Assembly (NCBI GenBank): GCA_030141605.1
Contig: JAQGDQ010000435.1
Location: 81,169 to 145,168, forward strand
Origin: Tubiluchus corallicola
Taxonomy: Eukaryota > Animalia > Priapulida
Length of the DNA stretch: 64,000 nucleotides
Direction: 5' to 3'
The translations under genes and the position numbers were made by a program. Under the pieces are notes generated by a model. The model searched no databases, was not told the origin of the DNA, and saw nothing but the letters and a program-made list of their open reading frames with translations. Below, piece by piece: positions 10,511-23,272 of the stretch. Positions within the stretch are counted from its first letter, which is position 1. Each line of letters starts with the position of its first letter.

Positions 10511-11941
10511 GTAAGTTATGTGTCAAAATTTGTGTTTCTTGATTTTGCCTGGCAGGATTTTTTCTTTTACTACCCGTTTTAAGGCATGAAAATCTGCCTA
10601 GCTTAGAGCAAGATTTTGTAGTTATTTGTTGAGCACATTTGTTGAATTATTAATAGTGGGCTTTGCTGGCATTTTTAGATAAAATTGTTTTGCATACTGT
10701 CGTACACAATATGTAAGTGTCTAAACAATGACTCCATCAGACAGTGTCAGACATCCACAACAGTGTCCATCAGAGTAAACATTCTCAGAGTGTCCATCAA
10801 CACATAAATGTCTATACTTTTTAGAACTGATAATTCATGTCACCTCTTTGAAATCGGAGTAAACTTTAACCTATTCTAGGTTTGCATATTGTATCATTTA
10901 TGGTGATCATGGATGAAAGACTCAATCACATGAAGTACGCAAATACTTTAGGTGCTGCCTTTTCCTATACTATTACGTATAAAAATTGTTATTAACTTGT
11001 ATTGATTATTGGGTTCAGCATTAGAGTCCTTTGTATACACTTTCTCTCTGATCAATTTAATTTTAGTCTGTATTAAAAAGACGTTGCTGTAAAATAATTC
11101 TTTTGTCTATAATGGCAGTTTTTCTTTGCAGTGAATGCTGTTTTTCGTCGTATTCACTATCATATTGAATAATCTGTTAGTCAATGCTCTTTGCGTTGCT
11201 GTCCAACTTTTCAGTCAACATGCTTAAAAAAGGATGTGCTTCATCCAAAAGTGAGCACCTTAAGTGCTGCCATTTTGAATTGAAGAAATGTCTTTGCCTT
11301 CAGTACAGTAACAGGAAACAGTTCTTTGTCTTATGTCCCTTGCATACCCAGCGGCTATTAGTTAGATATGTACAGTTAGATTTTAACTCTGTAACAGAGA
11401 TATACTACTGAACCATAGATTTAAATGTCACCTGCAGAAATTGACAGATAATTCGTGAAGTATTGTTTATAGGCCCCATTGTAATACAAATTTTGTGTCT
11501 GCTGTTAAGCAAACAATGGGTGTCATGTTCTTAAGCAAAGACACATTTGACTGTTAGGCAAAAACAGCCTTTGAGCAACGTGCTTTCGAATTGTTGATCT
11601 ATGTTGCAGGCCAGTAATCTCTCTATTTGTACGCGTGGCATTTAAATCCATGTACCAGACTCAAAGGGTAAAAAAATGTTGCTAATAAACATGCCATAAC
11701 TGAAGGCCAATGTTTCTAGAGCTGTCTGTGTAACTGTGAACATTCTTTTTGCAAATGAGTTGTGAATTATCGGGGACTGGAAATGTATGGCGTACTATTT
11801 TCATTGAAATTAAGAAGTACATTTGTGCACCAAATTTGTGGCAACAAAAATTATAAATGATGCGATGCAGTAGGCCGGTGTTAGTTGCATTTAGCTTTGG
11901 AAGAGCTGGCCACTTCTATGTGTAATTTACTGCAGAAAATA

Positions 11942-12412
11942 CAGTCAACCCTCGTTAAACCGGACTAATGGGGGGGGGGGGTTTGTGGTCCGGTTTAGCC
12001 GATTGTCTGATTTATCCGATATGCCTATATATGGTCTATATTATACAGGAATGATCGCCTTAATAAGGCCTATATACATTACACTATATACATTGCACTA
12101 TATACTATACTGTATATTACTTTAAAATAGTTAACCTGTGAGGATAAAGAAATTATTGTACAGTTTAAATAATAAAAAAGTACAGTATAGGTATTCGATG
12201 GGGTAAGTAAACTGAACTTTGACGGGAATCGTAGCAGCCTGCGCGGCACCGCGAGCCGCTTCGGCCCGTCAATGGCTCGTGGTAAGTTGGTAGGCCATGT
12301 TGTGTTTAGCGTTCTGGCTCGGTCGGAAATCAGTCAGTTTCCTTTACCACAGATGACGTCCGTCTTATCCGATATCTGGACTAATGGGGTCCGGTTTAAC
12401 GTGGGTCAACTG
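11942..12412. mobile_element. Tc1/mariner-pogo-type MITE (471 bp)
   Basis: TA TSD at 11940-41 and 12413-14; 24-bp TIR CAGTCAACCCTCGTTAAACCGGAC (21/24 match). Confidence 0.88.
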
Positions 12413-12646
12413 TATGTGGCAAAGAGCAATCTGAATCTGATTTGGTAATTTTTTAAATATCTTTAGATTTCTAGCACTAGGTCACTTATAAAAAAAGTAA
12501 GTCATTACTCAGGTCGACAATGCCTAATTAAGTAATATTATAAAACGAATGTTTAAGTCGTATAGCCTCTCTATGTTTTTACAACTTTAATCATTTGAAA
12601 TGCTGTAATTGATATGTTTGAAAACATATCTAAAATTTTCTTGCAG

Positions 12647-12809
12647 AATCACAATTTTGGATTTCGTGAGTTGTAATTTGTCAGCACAAGATGGCAGGAC
12701 CAGGTCAGCAACTGAAACTAACGTAGATTGTTTACAGATTCTGTGTGCTGAGTTTGTGAGAAATTCAGATAAAATTTTTGCCGCTTCAGCTAATGATGTC
12801 GACAGCCAG
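12647..12809 (+). CDS. ATXN10: Ataxin-10 exon
   Basis: TTGCAG/GTAAAT, phase 2-0; ITILDFVS... resembles human VTLLDLMI. Confidence 0.85.
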
Positions 12810-13945
12810 GTAAATTTTTCAGTTTTGTATATTAAAAGTAGATGGAAAGTAAAATTTCTGTTATTGTGTTTTTCCTTCTACTTATCATTTACAGTAGTAA
12901 TAATTGTGCATGCGAAGAAGTCAGGTTTTTTATTTCCTAAAATAAGTTCAAAGCTAATACACCTCAAAATAATTTTGCTCTATTCATGTTGTAAAAGTAC
13001 ATTTAGAAAACCATAAAATATCATCAAACTTTCACAATTATCATCATAAAACGGTTCACAAAATATGTTTTGTTATTGTGTAATGTTAGCAATCAGGCTT
13101 TTATATGAAAGAATGGAAAAAGGAAATCAAGTTGTCTTAGAAAAATGGGCTTTAAATAGGCAACCTTAGGCACAGAGACTAGAGCTGCTAAATTTTGCAC
13201 GTCTACAAAAATTGCATCTTCTGATACAAGACTGTTTTCTGTACACTTCGCTTTTTTGTTCTTTAGAAATTTGAGCAGAAAATGACTTCGTATCATGACT
13301 TTTATAAGAAAATTATTTTATTTTGGGGTTTATTGTCCTGATGAAACAATGATATCTGTGAATTTTTGTAATTGGGTATATGTTTTGGTGTTCGAAACTG
13401 TGTGTGGCGGGTTACTATAGTGATTGCATAACTAGTAATGTTGTACATTTCTTCTAAGAGTAATGGTTGATAGAGGAACTTGCAAATTGCTAATTACGTG
13501 TCTTAAGTTGCTTTACAGTGCTGTTTTATGAAAATATTACTTCACTAAAAATACTGCTATATACAATACATACAGTAAAAAAACATTCGTATCTACCACG
13601 TTCGACGATTATTATTTGTGTGCAGTCTGTTGTTCCACGTCTTAAAATAGTGAAATTGTGTAATTCATATGGAGCTTACATGTATGCCAGAATCACAACA
13701 GTCATTACAACAGTAACTCTTAAAAATGTCTAATTTAACATCGAAGGAACACTACAAGAATTTTCTAATTAATGAGTTAATATGTGTCTAGAATAGATGA
13801 GTTTGATTTTTAATATACACATTGTGAATTTATGGTTCTGGTATTATGCAGATTGGAACAGATCAAGATACTGGGGAGCATAAATCTGTTCACTTTTGAT
13901 ATTAAACCGTATAAAAATTTTTTTTTTTCGTTTTTCTGTTTTCAG

Positions 13946-14066
13946 GAAAGACAAAATGAAAGTTTGGTGGTAGTTCGTCTGTTGCGATTGTTATGCGTTG
14001 TTACAAGTGATCATTGTCACTATGGTGAACTGCGCAACAATCACCACATCTTAGTTACTGCAGTGA
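13946..14066 (+). CDS. ATXN10: Ataxin-10 exon
   Basis: TTTCAG/GTAAGT, phase 0-1; ESLVVVRLLRLLCVVT resembles EALATIRLLDVLCEMT. Confidence 0.9.
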
Positions 14067-14251
14067 GTAAGTACATTACTTTGAGAACCAAATAACTGCT
14101 TAATAATCATATCAGTAAGCAAAATATGATCAAAGTGCCACTATATTTGCCTCATTTAATAGCATTATGCAGATTGGATAATGTATTAATAATATTTTTT
14201 TACACAAAAGTAGAAATGAAAAAATGCTTGTCTACATTCTTGTTTTTGTAG

Positions 14252-14433
14252 AATTACTGCAACAGATTCATGCGTTGGGCAAAACGGGTGATAATGTGTT
14301 TACGGCTAGTCAGAAGTTAGCAGATTTGCCAGTAGATGGAGCAGACAATGTCCATCCTGTTAACGGATTTAAACGTGATCTAATTAGGTTAATTGGTAAC
14401 TTGAGTTACCATCATCGTGCAAATCAAGATAAG
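14252..14433 (+). CDS. ATXN10: Ataxin-10 exon (start of conserved C-terminal Atx10 domain)
   Basis: Phase 1-0; GFKRDLIRLIGNLSYHHRANQDK resembles human GFKSHLIRLIGNLCYKNKDNQDK. Confidence 0.95.
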
Positions 14434-15233
14434 GTATGCTTTTTTACAGCTTTTTCTTTACATAAAACTGTGTAAGCTCTTTTAGAACTAGATATAATGT
14501 CTACAGCCATGCTAAATTATGGTAAGTTTCTCCTCATAAACCATTTGTTTGCTTGTATATCATCTACATATGACATGTTTCAACTGTGAGACTTCTTTAA
14601 TGGACGTGTAGTAACTGTCTGTAAAGTGGCAACAATATTTAAATGTTGTTTTGGATCTTTTCCTGTAATATTGACCATTTCGCTTCTCTGCAATTTTGTT
14701 TCTCATAACACAGCAAAAAATATTTTTGTGGAAGTATATCATTTGGTTAAAATTACGAAAGCATCTTATTTAATTTTAACAATTTAAATTTACAACATGC
14801 TTTTCGATAAAAAGCTGATCGTCTCTAAGGACTTAACAAAAATAACAATTAGAGAAATTTTAAGTTATACCAAACAGTTATAACAAGGTCTGTTGTTGAT
14901 ACAGCCCCCGGAGCTGAATAGTTTTTGAACACTTTGGACAATTAATTTTGAGCATCTTCACAACTTGGTTCAACTCTAGTTTATAATTTTGTTTAGTTTC
15001 TCGATTTATTTCAGTTATAGACAAACAAGAAAATTTGTGAAATAAAAAGAAACACACATTTTCAACTAAAGGAGTAATGAACAAAAGTCTACAATGTTAT
15101 CTGATTTACGTTAAAGGTTGATTAAAGTGGTGCAGTGTATTAATACCATTTCACTGGTGAATTATTGTTGAACACTTGAATATGCTGAAGAAAATGACAG
15201 GATAACACTTAAGCAAATGCTGCTTAGCGGTTA

Positions 15234-15370
15234 GAAATTCATGCTTTAGAAGTGTCACCAGTTTAGCTTCGCTCCCATAGTTGCATAAACTGTGTAACAT
15301 TACTCCCAACACATATCGTGGTAGAAGATTTTGAAATTCATGCTTTAGAAGTGTCACCAGTTTAGCTTCG
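15234..15370 (+). repeat. Perfect 38-bp direct repeat, period 99 bp
   Basis: GAAATTCATGCTTTAGAAGTGTCACCAGTTTAGCTTCG at 15234-15271 and 15333-15370. Confidence 0.9.
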
Positions 15371-16894
15371 GATCACTGATCTTGCTCATATTAAAGCAAA
15401 TATCCAGTGAGAAATAATTAATTCGAAACATCAGCTTCACCAAAGATATCTCATTTAAATTTGTGAGTCTTTTTTACATCAAGTATCTGTCGGTGTTCCT
15501 GTGCGACATTTATGGCGGCGCTGTTAAAACCACCTACTGTAGATAAGTGAAAAATTCTGCTGATTTATAGCCGCTTGCCTTTCAACATCTGTGCTCAGTC
15601 GCCGCCTGGGGGCAGCCATTTAAAGTCAGCACTGTAATAAATTAGTTGAATGCAGCCACACCGTGTTTTACACGCAGGTAGACAATTGTTTATGCATTAC
15701 TTGGCAGCGAGAAAGCTAGACGGTGCTACTAATGAATAGGCAAAAAAAATGATCCCTGTTTGGCTTTTTTATTGTCTATTGTTGGGCGCTAACGTCTTGT
15801 AGAGTTAAGACACTCTGTTTATTACAAATGAGTTTAGTTTTCTAGTCTCTTCTGCAGGTACTAGAGTTACATGAACTATCATGACCGGGCTTTGCAGCTT
15901 TTACACTGTTGGTGGGATTGTTAACATCAAAAGAATAGTGATGTAATAACAACAATAGCAATAACATCAGCTATGGATGAAGACTACGGCAACGGCAACA
16001 CTTGGAACTGCAACAACAACAACAATAACAACAAGGATTAAGCATTACATAACAAGACAATAAACACGCTAATATTGATATGGTCATTTCATGACATCCT
16101 AGTTGTTTCCTATTTTTGTTTATTTAGTTATTAATTGTGACTGCCCTAATTTTGCATCTTTTAGAGCACTGTAGTGTGACCTCACCTGAAATCTCATTTT
16201 TCTTTTTATATTCTCAAGTGCTCTTCATAAAAGCTAATCCATGGTCCTGGCTAAGCTAATTTTTTAGATATCTTGCAGATAAACAGACAAACATGGTGAG
16301 TACATAACATCTGTCCCAATTAAGTTGAGAAAGATATGATGACTTAAGACATATCATATAATTATCATAAATTACATGAACACGTATGTAGTAAATCTCT
16401 GCTGAGGCTCAGTACGAGCTGAATGCTTTGACCCCGTGCACAGAACTTAAAGCCTTCACTCAATGCAACATTTATAGGAGACACCTGGACTTAGTGAGGA
16501 CATAAATTTCAACACCTGTACACATTCACAGTGCTCACATTTTGTTCCGATCGACCCCCTGTTTTCTAATGGCTCTCTAAATTATTTTCGCTGCTCGTTT
16601 AGCACAAACTAGGGTGGGACAGTGATATTTATGGCTGTCGTTATCCTGCTCGTCACAATGCGTGTTCTCATTGTAAATGTTTGACTCGTAGTTGAATTTT
16701 GTAGCTTTTGCTTGAGAGTTTGCACTCGTGCATTATGATGTCAGGAAATCATTCTGCCAGTAGTTTGCATAGGTTATGCAGCAATTCACATAAGTAGTGA
16801 TGTTTCACTTTTCACTGGCTATAGAACATTACTTTTTCAACCCTTGTGGGTAGCCATTTGTTATAGTTATTATTAGTTACTCTTGTCAAGTGAC

Positions 16895-17495
16895 TTAAAA
16901 GAAGACAGGACGATTTTTCATGTACTACCTAATTTTCAAGTACGGTAAAAGTATACATTTTAACACCAGTAATACTGCAAAAGCATTTCTGATAGATAAA
17001 TAGTAGATTAAAATCTTAATTAATGGCGGGCAAGCCCAACTAGTGATGACATCACAAACCAACATAATTTTCAACATCAAAAACATTCCATGAGCATGTT
17101 GCGCATGTTTGCGAAAGCAAAAATTGAAGTACAGTGCTACTGTAAGATATTCAGTCTGTTGTACTAAGACTAGGCAAGTTTTAAGATAAAAACTCAGATT
17201 TCAGATTTACTGCTGTGCTTGTGCATGAGCTGTCAAATGTGTGCAGTTCATCACAAACTAACACATCTGAACTGAGAGATAAAGAAGTGCTATGCTTTCT
17301 GAAATGTGGGCACGTGCCCATGTAACTAGCGAATGGCGAAATGCATGTAACAGTGAAGAACTAGTGGTGCAAATGCAAAATTGTGTTTTTGTGGTAATAA
17401 TTCTTTCACGTAAGGCAGAAAATAATATGTTTCCTTTCAATATTTTAAAGAATAGGCTGACCTACAGTTAAACATTGGGTCCAGTTTTACTTTAA
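16895..17495. mobile_element. Interspersed repeat copy 1, Kolobok-like non-autonomous DNA transposon
   Basis: Homologous to 28688-29345 and 53678-54169; TTAA at both ends and degenerate TIR AG.AAAAC.GGA. Confidence 0.7.
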
Positions 17496-17990
17496 GAGTA
17501 ATTGATACTTAATAGCGGTTGGTATTGTTCCTCCAGCGAATAAAACTTATTTCAGTTTTTACGCTTTTGTTTTTTTGGCTGTCATAATGTTGGTTGGCAC
17601 TGGCTTCAAAAGTTGCCTGTTTAAAGATACAGCATTACATCTTCTAATCAACAAGTGCCAATGAAAAGACAATGTTATTAGTTGATAACTAGCCTCATAA
17701 GTTCATTTAGTTTTACTTAGTCAGGAAAAAGACGTACCAAGGCCTCTTTGTAGGATGCAGTGATTGTAAAATTGTATGCCAAAAACTTTTTATTAGAGGA
17801 TTTCCTTCTCCTCTGCATTTAGGAAACCCATTCAAGTTGTTTTTTCAATTTATGACTGAAAGTTGTCTACCTGCCGGGTTTCACAGTTTTTAGTTTTTCA
17901 AATTCCAATGTAGGCCTCAATTTTTTGTTTGTTCATGGTTTGTTTTTAGCTAATAAATAACAATGTAATAAAATTCTTTTGCGTTTTCAG

Positions 17991-18054
17991 GTTAGAAAAA
18001 TGGATGGAATCTCACTTATTCTGGATTGCTGTAATATTGATGACAAAAATCCAT
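17991..18054 (+). CDS. ATXN10: Ataxin-10 exon (64 bp) preceding the U12-type intron
   Basis: VRKMDGISLILDCCNIDDKNP resembles human VNELDGIPLILDNCNISDSNP; donor GTATCTTTT. Confidence 0.95.
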
Positions 18055-19439
18055 GTATCTTTTAGTTTCTTACTTTTGTTTCCCGATAATAATAATTTAT
18101 TAAAACTTACAGAGTATTTTTTTAAAAAAATGCAATTTTTGCTGGTTGATGTTGTATCAGATGTTATATTAGTTATATGGCTGCTATGTGAAAATTTTGA
18201 GAAATACAGCGGTGTAGCATGGGGTATGCAGACTGCACAGGACGGCCAGTACTATAATTTTATTACTTTCTAGCGATTTTGAGGTATTTTTTTTGATGAT
18301 GACTTTTTTCCCAAATGGCTGAATTTTGCCACTAAGTGGGAAATTTGATGATATTGCTGAGAATATTTTTAACAAAAGGTGTCAGCGTGATCAACTGCAA
18401 GCAAAGTTTTTCTAAATTTAAATTTAAATAATAAAGAATCATCTTTGCTCACCTATGAGCAATCATAGACTCACTAACTTAGCATTCTTTCCTTTCAAAG
18501 AGAATGTACCGAATCACTTGATGTTGAAGAGATTGTTGTGTTATGTTTCTCTCGGACGGCTCGTTGAGAAAACCAGAAAACACGTCGTTAAATTAAACTA
18601 GTTTGTTATGCGAGAATTCTACAACACATAAGTATGAAGGAACGCAGAATATGTATAATCAAGTGATAATCTGGAAGCGAGAATCTGAGATTAATCTGAG
18701 AATACGAGATTAAACTTGAGCGGCCAGCTCCGCCTTATATATCATTGCAATCAACAATCTAGAAACTACCACATCGCGTATAGAAAGTTCTCGAAACTTC
18801 AACTGCTTCTATAAGGTAGGAAGATTGGTTCTACTATACTATAGAACATTCTAGTGGATCTCCACAACAGAGATTATAAGGACTTCGCAATTTGAAGGTT
18901 AGAAATCAATTAAATTTTGTAACAAAAAATTACTAAATTTGTTTTTTTATTGTCTGTCGAAGTCATGTTACTTTTAAGGAAGTGGTGGCCAATTTGCCTA
19001 CTGTACAGGGCTGCCAAACCCCTCACTTTGCTACTGGGAAAATGAACAAATTTTGTTTGATGAATGGTGTCCTAGAAAAAAACACGATGAGCTTTCTGTT
19101 CATCTGTGTGGTGTGCGCCTTTGTACATCTATGTGATGTATGCCTGTAATGAGATGTGTGTGTCGTGATGTGTGTTGACTCCATTTTTTGTGGTTTGCTA
19201 ATGCTGTTTTTTTGAGTGTCAAGCAAAGCATTTTCTATATTTTGAAAACTTTGCTTTTTTCAATTGTTATTTGTTATTTTTAATTTATATACGTTCGTTC
19301 AGTTTGTGCCTTCTTATGTGATATTAAAATACAGCTAATGGTCAATATACATGTTAGTTATGACAGTGTATTTGGCCTTTGTTTCGGCACATGGCTTTAG
19401 CAATTTTGAATACAGTTTTTATTCCTTAATGCGCTGAAG
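18055..19439 (+). other. U12-type (minor spliceosome) GT-AG intron
   Basis: 5'SS GTATCTTTT; branch site TTCCTTAAT at 19422-19430; AG at 19438-39 with no polypyrimidine tract. Confidence 0.85.
18534..18869. mobile_element. Solo LTR (336 bp), probably copia-like, probably minus orientation
   Basis: TGTTGTG...CACAACA termini and perfect 5-bp TSD GAGAT (18529-33 and 18870-74); TATATAAGG on the minus strand. Confidence 0.88.
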
Positions 19440-19603
19440 TTATATTGCAATGGAGTGTATTTGCCATTCGAAACCTGTGTGATGGAAATGCAGAAAATAA
19501 GTCATTTATAGCAGCTCTGAATCACCAAGGCAATGCTCCTAGTACTGTGCTTAATGAATTAGGGATATCTTTGTCAAAATGCGGTGCTGCCGACAAAAGC
19601 TAA
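19440..19603 (+). CDS. ATXN10: Ataxin-10 last coding exon
   Basis: F-ILQWSVFAIRNLCDGNAENKSFIAAL...ADKS* resembles human FLTQWVIYAIRNLTEDNSQNQDLIAKM; TAA at 19601-03; AATAAA at 20125-30. Confidence 0.95.
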
Positions 19604-20689
19604 CAGGCTAGTTGGATAGCCTGTAACAAATTTTGAGTAAAGACACCGTATTTACACAAAGCAAGGTGAATGTTCTGTCAGCAATTATGTTTCAAGATGA
19701 TAATGTAAAGAACTATAATTTAAAATTAATATTTTGTAAAGATATTAATATGGCACCATTGTTTGGTGCAAAACGTTTACATGTCTATCATTGTTTGTTG
19801 GAAAATGCAACTTATAGGTCATGTAATATTTATATATTTTTTACTAAATGTGTGTTTTTGTTCACAAAACAAAGATGTGTTCTAATGCAAAGGTAACTCT
19901 TGTAATTGTAATGTGGTGAATGTTGATATCTTGTCACCTAACGCCTGACAGCATTATGTCAGCATAATGATTAAGATCGTGTAACATTAACCACTCCATG
20001 TTGATGAATGTTTTTCTTCCACATTTTAGTTGTAAACTTAAATGCTAAAGGACAAACATGCTAAAAAATGGTTTTATTTCAAAAACCTGGTTTATGATAT
20101 ACTGAAACAAATGACAAAATACAGAATAAATTCAAAAAAGTTATTGTTGTTATTTTGTAGCTTATATAAAGGTGTATGCTGATGATGTTTCTTGACTCAA
20201 GTAACTGTACATCATTTTTCATAAAATATGTAATGGAATATTAAAAATTAATGTTCAAAAATAATTATAAAAAATGTTTGATTACCTGGTAAAACACTGA
20301 GTAGTAGATTAGTAATTATTGATTCATAAACTATGATATTAATATGTTTAATTCATACATTATAACACCAATAATATTTATCACTCACCAAAAGCAGCAT
20401 TATAGCAACATTAAAACTAAATTACTATAATGGCCACTTACATGGATGCACATTACTCAAACTTCACATTGAGAAAAGACAAAACAAATGACAAATAGCT
20501 GAAAGCCCATTAGAAGCTGTTTCCTCTGTTTTAACATTGCAATGTGCAAATTTTGCAAAAAGAAAAATTTAAGGTGCATGAATTCCAAAGTTGCCTTAGC
20601 AATAGCAGAAGTTAAAATAACCAAAACTCTATCTCACAATAATAAGAATGCAAAAGATCAGTGTAATATGTAGTGATTTATCATTGTAT

Positions 20690-21180
20690 AAAGTAGTCTA
20701 GTGTGTAGTCCTATGTAGTGTGGTGTAGCATAGTGTAATGTAAAAATTAATTATATTAATATTATAAAACATTGAGTATTAATTTTGATATAAAGTAATT
20801 AAAATAATCGATATATGTTATATATGTTGTATAATTTGACGATGAACGCTACTGCCACTCGAATTGTTTCTGGTAGAAATAGGCTGTTGTTCTTCAAATA
20901 GTGGATGCATTTGAAGGTTTCTTGTCTGAATGGTTTAATGACGTCTCCGTATTTTCTACAGTCTACCGTGAATTTGTTTACCAGAGTTTACTAATGCTGG
21001 CTGAGGCCAGTCTACAAACGACAACCAAGGTGGAGTGTCTGTATGTTTTGGTGACAGATCTAAACATAATTGTGTGTCACATGTCAGTTTTGAGTGATTG
21101 ATGTGAATTGGAAATATAACAGTTGATTTTTTGGTGGTCAGGCTTTCTGCTGGGTTGTGAACTTGCATGTGCATATAGTG
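20690..21180 (-). mobile_element. Possible decayed LINE 3' end
   Basis: NNSLFLPETIR-like motif (compare NSFFPRTIR) followed by a degenerate (ACACT)n tail. Confidence 0.3.
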
Positions 21181-22044
21181 ACCTCAAGCAGAGTTACGGG
21201 AATGTGTTCTAGTGTAGGTAAGAGAGGAGAAAAGGAGAGAGAGAGAGAGAAGGAGAAAGAGAGAGAGAGAGACAAAGAGAACAAAGGAGTTGCAGAAACA
21301 AAAGTCAGAGAGGTGAGGGGAAAAAGGAAAATTTAAGGGGAGTTCACATTTTTTGTAAGTCGGTTGCAAGAATTAAGGTGCATTAGAGATCTTGCTAATT
21401 CAACAAAGTTGAGCCAATATTAACCATTATTTTGTGAATGGCATCACAACTTTGCAACTTGTAAGCGCATCTCTACATACCGTTTTGCGCCAAGTGTTTT
21501 ATTGGTCACTGCACATACATATATTTACAGTTTTATTTCAACATCTCTAGCGTCCTACCCTGCCATTCATATAGAACTTTACAAAAGCTAACATCGCTTT
21601 GAATTGCCTGTTTGAGAGAGCTATTTTACTACACTCTTTTTAATTTTTTTCGTACATGTTTCACATCTAAATCATGTTTAAAATAAATGGCGCATGTATC
21701 TGTCCTACCAACTCGACCAGAAATGTTGACAGTTTAGAAACTAAACTCGCACCAGCTAGTGTGGGACTGTACCTCGTGGATAAGTGTTTATTTTCCGGAT
21801 TTCATCGACTCGAGTGTCCGGATTTGGGTCTAAAGTCTGTGAAGAGGCTGTGTTATTGCAGATTCAAAGGAATTTTCAAAATCGTTTAGTGAAGAGGTGC
21901 GCCTCCTTGATTTCACACCCCACATAATGTGCGTCAGCTTTTACGGGAGAATAACAGCTGCTGGCTTGTGGACCAAGTGACAGCTGTCTATCAAATTATT
22001 TGCTGCTTTCAAAACGAAGCTTTATCTTTAATGGAGCCTTTCAT

Positions 22045-22085
22045 ACTCTCCTCCCCTTTCTCCCCCTCTCTCTCTTCCTCTTCCA

Positions 22086-22123
<38 letters not shown>

Positions 22124-22171
22124 CCTCTTCCATCTCTCTCTCTCTTCTTCCCTCCCTCCTTCCCTCTCCCC

Positions 22172-22228
<57 letters not shown>

Positions 22229-22279
22229 TTCCATCTCTCTCTCTCTCTCACTTCTTCCCTCCCTCCCTCCCTCCCTCCC

Positions 22280-22310
<31 letters not shown>

Positions 22311-22460
22311 TTCTCTCTCTTCCTCTTCCATCTCTCTCACTTCTTCCCTCTCTCCCTCCCTCTCTCTGTCTCTTCCTCTTCCATCTCTCTCACTTCTTCC
22401 CTCTCCCCCCCTCTCTCTCTCTCTCTTCTTCCCTCCCTCCTTCTCTCTCTTTCTCTCTCA
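22045..22460. repeat. Compound (CT)n/(CCT)n polypyrimidine microsatellite
   Basis: Directly visible. Confidence 0.97.
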
Positions 22461-23204
22461 TATGCCAGCGTAATGAATTTTTAAAATAAACTTCAACTAA
22501 ACAGTTTTTGTGACAATAATTATTAAATACATTTTCTTTTCTCGTCAGATATGTACATAACATCAAATACTCAATAAAACACGTGGTTTAGTAAAAAATA
22601 CTTGTATGAGAACTTTCCTCAATAGGAAACTGATAGAAAATACGTTGGAGTGACGCAAACTAATTGTTTACTACAAAATCTTTTGGGGGAACCTTTGGAA
22701 ATTAATTTTATCAAAATCGAGCTTAGCTGTTTAAGATAATTGGAAATTTGGTTTCGTGTTGAAAATATTTCAATAAATTATCCCATTTACGAGCATCGCA
22801 AGCTGCAAGTATTTTACAATGCTGTTGTAAATTACTTTGATACACTGGTAAAAAATGTAATATACACGTCATATGTAAAAAAAACATTCGAAAATTACAA
22901 TATTCTGGTAAAATCTGCAATAATTAATACACTTATGTAAGCCTATCAAGTGTATATTGCATATAATTAGCTATAGCCAACTTAATCAAGTTTTTAATAA
23001 AATTGGGCTTTAACCGTGAACATGAATTCATTTAAAAACATTCGCATAATTTTCCGGGACATTTCAACTATCGTGAGTTGAAGCTTGTCATCGTTATGTT
23101 GTTAGAACATCATAAAATAGAATCGAGTTCAGATATAACTCAATTCCATTTCATGATGTTTTAACTACATAATAATGACACGCTTCAACTCACAAGGATA
23201 TTAA

Positions 23205-23207
<3 letters not shown>

Positions 23208-23263
<56 letters not shown>

Positions 23264-23272
23264 CATATATAT
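23208..23272. repeat. (TA)n/(TG)n microsatellite
   Basis: Directly visible. Confidence 0.95.

Noticed and set aside
14434-17990. SCA10-like (ATTCT)n repeat in the intron equivalent to human intron 9
   Set aside because: No such array is present.
21929-22489. Long Leu/Ser and Arg/Glu ORFs (likewise 38701-39113, 40925-41224, 42735-43035, 44016-44435, 48953-49768)
   Set aside because: Translations of microsatellites.
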